Below, in pieces: positions 58,885-64,000 of a DNA stretch of 64,000 nt. Under the pieces are notes generated by a model. It searched no databases. It was not told the DNA's origin and was given only the letters and a program-made list of their open reading frames with translations. The DNA is from an uncultured Chloroflexia bacterium (GTDB taxonomy: Bacteria; Chloroflexota; Limnocylindria; Limnocylindrales; CSP1-4), in contig CAVVJT010000004.1 of the NCBI GenBank assembly GCA_963748625.1, positions 224,001-288,000 on the forward strand, read 5' to 3'. How positions within the stretch are numbered: position 1 is the first letter of the stretch; each line of letters begins with the position of its first letter. The position numbers were made by a program, and so were the translations under genes.

Positions 58885-59117
58885 CGAGTTCCCTCCCGGG
58901 GTGTGCGGAATGTGGCACCCATGACAACGAGGACCGCGCGCGTCGATTACACCCGCGGCACCACGAAGGACCGGCCCGCGCACGACAGGTACTAGCCCGG
59001 TCTACTGGCGGCGCCGGGACCTTCGGGCCAGAACGGCGCGTGCTGGCACCACCCAGACTCCGTACCGAACGCGCCGGACATGGCGCTCAGGGGACATCAT
59101 CTGGAGGTCATCGCACA

Positions 59118-59603
59118 GTGCGCAGTCAGTTCAGCGGCCGCAAGCGGACTTCGGCCGCGCTCGGCGCCATCCTTGCCCTCGCCGTCGCGGGCGGCGCGCT
59201 CGCCTACTGGACCATCGGCGGCGGCGGCACGGGCTCGGCCACCGCGGGGAACGTCAACCCTGTGACCGTGACCCAGACGTCGACGGTTACCGGCATGTAT
59301 CCGGGCAGGACGCCGCAGCTGCTCGCCGGCGACATCACCAACCCGAACCCCGGCAAGGTGTTCGTGAGCTCGGTCACGGCCCTCGTTGAGCCCTTCTCCT
59401 CGACCGCCGTCGATGCCGGCAAGCCGGCATGCACGGAGGCGGATTTCGTGATCGGTGGTTCGGCCCCCGTCGGTGTCGAGATGGACCCCGGGGTCAACGT
59501 GGATGCGTGGTCGGGCCTGACGGTCGCCCTCACCGACGCGGCGACGAACCAGGACAACTGCAAGGGCGTCTCGATCCAGATCAACTACACGGCGAACCCG
59601 TAA
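59118..59603 (+). CDS. SipW-class signal peptide protein (TasA/camelysin-like major fibre subunit candidate)
   Basis: SD GGAGG; signal ends GGALA|YWT; GMYPG; C-terminal NQDNCKG. Confidence 0.75.
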   Translation: MRSQFSGRKRTSAALGAILALAVAGGALAYWTIGGGGTGSATAGNVNPVTVTQTSTVTGMYPGRTPQLLAGDITNPNPGKVFVSSVTALVEPFSSTAVDAGKPACTEADFVIGGSAPVGVEMDPGVNVDAWSGLTVALTDAATNQDNCKGVSIQINYTANP

Positions 59604-59683
59604 CCAGGGCCGGCGGCCGGCGGGCGGGCGACCTGATCACCCGCCCCCGGCACTCCGCGTCCTGAGCAGGATCGAAGCGGACG

Positions 59684-60253
59684 GTGCCGACGGTGAACAC
59701 ACCCGAACAGCCGGGCGCCGACGCCGGCGCCGCTGGGGCGACCGCCCTCGGGCGGCGACGTCTCCTCCAGCTCGCCGCGATCCTGCTGCTGGTCCTCCTG
59801 CTCGAGCTGGCGGGCCTGCTCCTCAGTGCACCGGACCAGGGTCAGCCTGCCGTCTCGGCCGCGTCGTACGGCCACACCGCCACCACGGGTGGCGACTTCA
59901 TCATCTCCGGCGAGATCGCGCCGCTCCCGGACTGTTCGGGCGTCGCGACCCTCGTTCCAGGCGTCGACCGGTGTCTCGTGTACACCGTCCGCAACCCGGG
60001 ACCCGCACCGATCGCCGTGACCTCGATCTCGATCTCGAAGGTCGGCGCTCCGGACGTGTGCCCCGTGAGCGTCCTCGATCTCGAGCGGACGACGTTCACG
60101 GGCACGCTCATGGTCGCCGCAGGTGGCACCGCGACGGTGTCCTCCGGGCGGATTGCCCTGCGTGACACGGGCGAGAACCAGGACGCCTGCAAGGGTGCCG
60201 AGTTCACCTTCACCTTCACCGGCACTGCCCGCCGTGGAGCGGGACCGACGTGA
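59684..60253 (+). CDS. paralogous TasA-like subunit with N-terminal hydrophobic anchor/signal
   Basis: LVPG, YTVRNP, C-terminal NQDACKGAEFTFTFTGTA; no AYW motif. Confidence 0.7.
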   Translation: MPTVNTPEQPGADAGAAGATALGRRRLLQLAAILLLVLLLELAGLLLSAPDQGQPAVSAASYGHTATTGGDFIISGEIAPLPDCSGVATLVPGVDRCLVYTVRNPGPAPIAVTSISISKVGAPDVCPVSVLDLERTTFTGTLMVAAGGTATVSSGRIALRDTGENQDACKGAEFTFTFTGTARRGAGPT

Positions 60254-63200
60254 CCGGGAAGCTCCGTTTCGCCCGGATGCCGGTCGCCGTGGCGGTTGCG
60301 CTGAGCCTCGTGCTTGCCACCGCTGCCGTCACGCTCGCCTACTGGGCCGTCGGCGGGTTCGGATCCGCGTCGGCCTCGACGCTCGTCCTTGATCCCCCGA
60401 CTGCGGTCACCGCCACGTTCCCGAACCAGGCGTCGCGGACGGTCCGCGTGACGTGGACGGGACATGCCGCTCCCGGTGGCGGCAACCCAACCGGCTACTA
60501 CGTGCAGCGACTCGCCGGCGCGACGCCGAGCCCTGCATGCGGGTCGTCGCCCACCTCGCTCCTCTCGGGCGCGGCCGCCACCTGTGACGACCCGGGCGTG
60601 GCCTCCGGTACCTACACGTACGTGGTGACGGCAGTCTTCCGGACCTGGACGGCAGCGAGCACGCCCAGCGCAGCCGTGACCGTGCCGGTCCCCGCGCTCG
60701 CGTCGTTCTCGGTGGTCCCGTCCACCCTGGCCCCGACGGCGGGCTCGGGCATCACGCTCGCCGTGACCGCGATCGACCAGTACGGGGCCACGATGACGTC
60801 GTACGCTGGCGTCCAGTGCGTGACGCTGGGCGGCGCGCACGACGCACCTGGCGGCGCCGGCCCGACCTATCCGGCCGCGGGGAGCTGCGGCAGCGGAAGC
60901 AGCGTGACCTTCACGTCCGGCGCAGCGACCGTGCCTGTCACCCTCGTCGCGGCTGAGACCACGACGATCTCCGTGGTCGACAACGCCACGGCGAAGTCCG
61001 GCACGACCGCAAGCATCGCGGTTGGCCCCGGCGCCGCGAGCAGGCTCGCGTTCACGGTCAGCCCGTCGACCCCCACGGCCGCGGGCAGCGCGTTCGCGAC
61101 CCAGCCCCGCGTGACCGTGCAGGACGCGTACGGCAACACCGTGACCGGCGACACGAGCGCGGTCACCCTGGCCGTGACCGGCGGCGGGGCGCTGGTCAGC
61201 GGCTGCAGCGCGAACCCGGTCGCGGCCGTGGCCGGTGTGGCCACCTTCGCCGGCTGCCGGGTCACGACCGCGGGCACCTTCACCCTGGCCGCGACCGACG
61301 GCGCCCTCACCGGGGCGACCAGCGCGGGCTTCACGATCACCGCGGGCGCCGCGAGCAGGCTCGCGTTCACGGTCAGCCCGTCGACCCCCACGGCCGCGGG
61401 CAGCGCGTTCGCGACCCAGCCCCGCGTGACCGTGCAGGACGCGTACGGCAACACCGTGACCGGCGACACGAGCGCGGTCACCCTGGCCGTGACCGGCGGC
61501 GGGGCGCTGGTCAGCGGCTGCAGCGCGAACCCGGTCGCGGCCGTGGCCGGTGTGGCCACCTTCGCCGGCTGCCGGGTCACGACCGCGGGCACCTTCACCC
61601 TGGCCGCGACCGACGGCGCCCTCACCGGGGCGACCAGCGCGGGCTTCACGATCACCGCGGGCGCCGCGAGCAGGCTCGCGTTCACGGTCAGCCCGTCGAC
61701 CCCCACGGCCGCGGGCAGCGCGTTCGCGACCCAGCCCCGCGTGACCGTGCAGGACGCGTACGGCAACACCGTGACCGGCGACACGAGCGCGGTCACCCTG
61801 GCCGTGACCGGCGGCGGGGCGCTGGTCAGCGGCTGCAGCGCGAACCCGGTCGCGGCCGTGGCCGGTGTGGCCACCTTCGCCGGCTGCCGGGTCACGACCG
61901 CGGGCACCTTCACCCTGGCCGCGACCGACGGCGCCCTCACCGGGGCGACCAGCGCGGGCTTCACGATCACCGCGGGCGCCGCGAGCAGGCTCGCGTTCAC
62001 GGTCAGCCCGTCGACCCCCACGGCCGCGGGCAGCGCGTTCGCGACCCAGCCCCGCGTGACCGTGCAGGACGCGTACGGCAACACCGTGACCGGCGACACG
62101 AGCGCGGTCACCCTGGCCGTGACCGGCGGCGGGGCGCTGGTCAGCGGCTGCAGCGCGAACCCGGTCGCGGCCGTGGCCGGTGTGGCCACCTTCGCCGGCT
62201 GCCGGGTCACGACCGCGGGCACCTTCACCCTGGCCGCGACCGACGGCGCCCTCACCGGGGCGACCAGCGCGGGCTTCACGATCACCGCGGGCGCCGCGAC
62301 GGTCCTCGCCGTATCGTCGGGCGCCGGCCAGTCCGCGGATGTCGGCACCGCCTTCGGGAGCCCGCTCGTCGCGCTGGTCACGGACGGCTTGGGCAACCCG
62401 GTCTCCGGCGTCACTGTCACGTTCACGGCGCCCGGGTCGGGGGCGACCGGAGTGTTCCCCGGCCCCTCGTCCACCTCGACCGCGGTCTCCAACGCAGGCG
62501 GTCTGGCGTCGTCGTCCACCTTGACGGCGAACACGGTCGCGGGTGCCTGGTCGGTGTCGGCAAGTGCGAGCGGGACGAACACGACCGCGTTCGGGCTCAG
62601 CACCAGCCCCGGCGCCGCGAGCAGGCTCGCGTTCACGGTCAGCCCGTCGACCCCCACGGCCGCGGGCAGCGCGTTCGCGACCCAGCCCCGCGTGACCGTG
62701 CAGGACGCGTACGGCAACACCGTGACCGGCGACACGAGCGCGGTCACCCTGGCCGTGACCGGCGGCGGGGCGCTGGTCAGCGGCTGCAGCGCGAACCCGG
62801 TCGCGGCCGTGGCCGGTGTGGCCACCTTCGCCGGCTGCCGGGTCACGACCGCGGGCACCTTCACCCTGGCCGCGACCGACGGCGCCCTCACCGGGGCGAC
62901 CAGCGCGGGCTTCACGATCACCGCGGGCGCCGCGAGCAGGCTCGCGTTCACGGTCAGCCCGTCGACCCCCACGGCCGCGGGCAGCGCGTTCGCGACCCAG
63001 CCCCGCGTGACCGTGCAGGACGCGTACGGCAACACCGTGACCGGCGACACGAGCGCGGTCACCCTGGCCGTGACCGGCGGCGGGGCGCTGGTCAGCGGCT
63101 GCAGCGCGAACCCGGTCGCGGCCGTGGCCGGTGTGGCCACCTTCGCCGGCTGCCGGGTCACGACCGCGGGCACCTTCACCCTGGCCGCGACCGACGGCGC

Positions 63201-64000
63201 CCTCACCGGGGCGACCAGCGCGGGCTTCACGATCACCGCGGGCGCCGCGAGCAGGCTCGCGTTCACGGTCAGCCCGACGGGCTCCGTGCCAGGCGTGCCC
63301 TTCCCCGTCCAGCCGAAGGTCGCGATCCGGGACGCGTATGGCAACACGGTGACAACGGCGACCAACCCGGTCACCCTGGCCGTGACCGGCGGCGGAACGA
63401 CGGTCACCTGCACCGCGAACACGGTCGCGGCCGTCGCCGGGGTGGCGTCGTTTGCCGGATGCAGGATCAACGTCGTGGGCACCGGCTACACGCTCCGGGC
63501 GACATCCGGGGGCCTCACCGCCGGGACGAGCGCCGCATTCAACATCACCACGGCCCTCGCGCCTACCGGCATCGCGCTGGCGAACAAGCCGGGCGGCACC
63601 CGGGACCAGATCGAGCCCGGCGACCAGATGATCATCAGCTTTGCCGGCACGCTGAAGGCGAGCACCCTGTGCTCGACCTGGCCCAGCGACACGACGGCGT
63701 ACTCGGCGAGCGACGGCACCCTGACGCTGGTCGGCCAGGGCGGACCAGCCGGCGACGACGAGATCCTGTTGAGCACCAGCACGTCCTGCGGCGGTGCCCT
63801 CAACTTCGGCTACGTCGACCTTGAATCGACGGCCGTGGTCGGCGGCACGGGCTCCTACACGTGGAATGCAACGATCGCCTGGGACCCTTCCACCGACACG
63901 TTGACCGTCACCGTGGGTGCGCTGACCTCCGGCGCTCCTCCCGTCAACACCAGCGCCCGCATCAATCGGACCTACCACCCGAGCGCGACCCTCACCGACC
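60250..64000 (+). CDS. giant Ig-repeat adhesin with SipW-class signal (3' partial, more than 1250 aa)
   Basis: GTG overlaps the upstream TGA; ...AAVTLA|YWAVGGFG; FN3-like N-domain; no stop seen before the window end, hence absent from the ORF track. Confidence 0.85.
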   Translation, partial: MTGKLRFARMPVAVAVALSLVLATAAVTLAYWAVGGFGSASASTLVLDPPTAVTATFPNQASRTVRVTWTGHAAPGGGNPTGYYVQRLAGATPSPACGSSPTSLLSGAAATCDDPGVASGTYTYVVTAVFRTWTAASTPSAAVTVPVPALASFSVVPSTLAPTAGSGITLAVTAIDQYGATMTSYAGVQCVTLGGAHDAPGGAGPTYPAAGSCGSGSSVTFTSGAATVPVTLVAAETTTISVVDNATAKSGTTASIAVGPGAASRLAFTVSPSTPTAAGSAFATQPRVTVQDAYGNTVTGDTSAVTLAVTGGGALVSGCSANPVAAVAGVATFAGCRVTTAGTFTLAATDGALTGATSAGFTITAGAASRLAFTVSPSTPTAAGSAFATQPRVTVQDAYGNTVTGDTSAVTLAVTGGGALVSGCSANPVAAVAGVATFAGCRVTTAGTFTLAATDGALTGATSAGFTITAGAASRLAFTVSPSTPTAAGSAFATQPRVTVQDAYGNTVTGDTSAVTLAVTGGGALVSGCSANPVAAVAGVATFAGCRVTTAGTFTLAATDGALTGATSAGFTITAGAASRLAFTVSPSTPTAAGSAFATQPRVTVQDAYGNTVTGDTSAVTLAVTGGGALVSGCSANPVAAVAGVATFAGCRVTTAGTFTLAATDGALTGATSAGFTITAGAATVLAVSSGAGQSADVGTAFGSPLVALVTDGLGNPVSGVTVTFTAPGSGATGVFPGPSSTSTAVSNAGGLASSSTLTANTVAGAWSVSASASGTNTTAFGLSTSPGAASRLAFTVSPSTPTAAGSAFATQPRVTVQDAYGNTVTGDTSAVTLAVTGGGALVSGCSANPVAAVAGVATFAGCRVTTAGTFTLAATDGALTGATSAGFTITAGAASRLAFTVSPSTPTAAGSAFATQPRVTVQDAYGNTVTGDTSAVTLAVTGGGALVSGCSANPVAAVAGVATFAGCRVTTAGTFTLAATDGALTGATSAGFTITAGAASRLAFTVSPTGSVPGVPFPVQPKVAIRDAYGNTVTTATNPVTLAVTGGGTTVTCTANTVAAVAGVASFAGCRINVVGTGYTLRATSGGLTAGTSAAFNITTALAPTGIALANKPGGTRDQIEPGDQMIISFAGTLKASTLCSTWPSDTTAYSASDGTLTLVGQGGPAGDDEILLSTSTSCGGALNFGYVDLESTAVVGGTGSYTWNATIAWDPSTDTLTVTVGALTSGAPPVNTSARINRTYHPSATLTD
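61030..63275. repeat. six apparently identical 315-bp (105-aa) intragenic repeats, 4 + 2 around a Big_1-like spacer domain
   Basis: ggcgccgcgagcaggctcgcgttcacggtcagcccg recurs at about 61030, 61345, 61660, 61975, 62611 and 62926, with a degenerate copy at 63241. Confidence 0.95.

Noticed and set aside
59013-59030. gggaccttcgggcc resembling a DosR/NarL-type box upstream of the fibre operon
   Set aside because: Single, imperfect and GC-rich; could easily arise by chance.
59842-63978. Long minus-strand ORFs (1378 and 871 aa) and the 26856-30986 plus-strand ORF
   Set aside because: Antisense shadows of GC-rich repetitive adhesin genes; the opposite strand has the signal peptide, domain pattern and codon bias.

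Overview
Very GC-rich bacterial chromosomal window. Gene content and style suggest Chloroflexota (Limnocylindria-like) or Actinomycetota; this is inference and unconfirmed. In order it holds: a hydroxyproline/D-proline catabolic operon with GntR; clpX-clpP-tig; a STAND-type adenylate/guanylate cyclase; tRNA-Leu(TAG); a holin-like/DUF3618-like membrane pair; cinA; a Crp/Fnr regulator; Mrp/ApbC; a potADBC-like polyamine ABC importer with a class III aminotransferase; hisN; a metallophosphoesterase; a 1873-aa Ig-repeat surface protein; a long class II aldolase; several small or unknown genes; an ABC-2/rsgA/GNAT/GNAT/ridA operon behind a uORF plus attenuator-like leader; an MBL hydrolase; capA; a coxD/coxE/xdhC/mocA molybdo-enzyme maturation cluster interrupted by a Phd-VapC toxin-antitoxin pair; an ECF sigma/anti-sigma locus; and a SipW-class-signal (TasA/camelysin-like) secreted fibre operon ending in a giant 315-bp-repeat adhesin that runs off the window. 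Intergenic gaps, mostly between convergent genes, carry several families of about 100-150-bp terminal-inverted-repeat mini-elements. About 11 genes have small indels that look like long-read assembly errors. No CRISPR array, rRNA, integrase or transposase was seen. Product calls come from motif recognition only; no searches were run.
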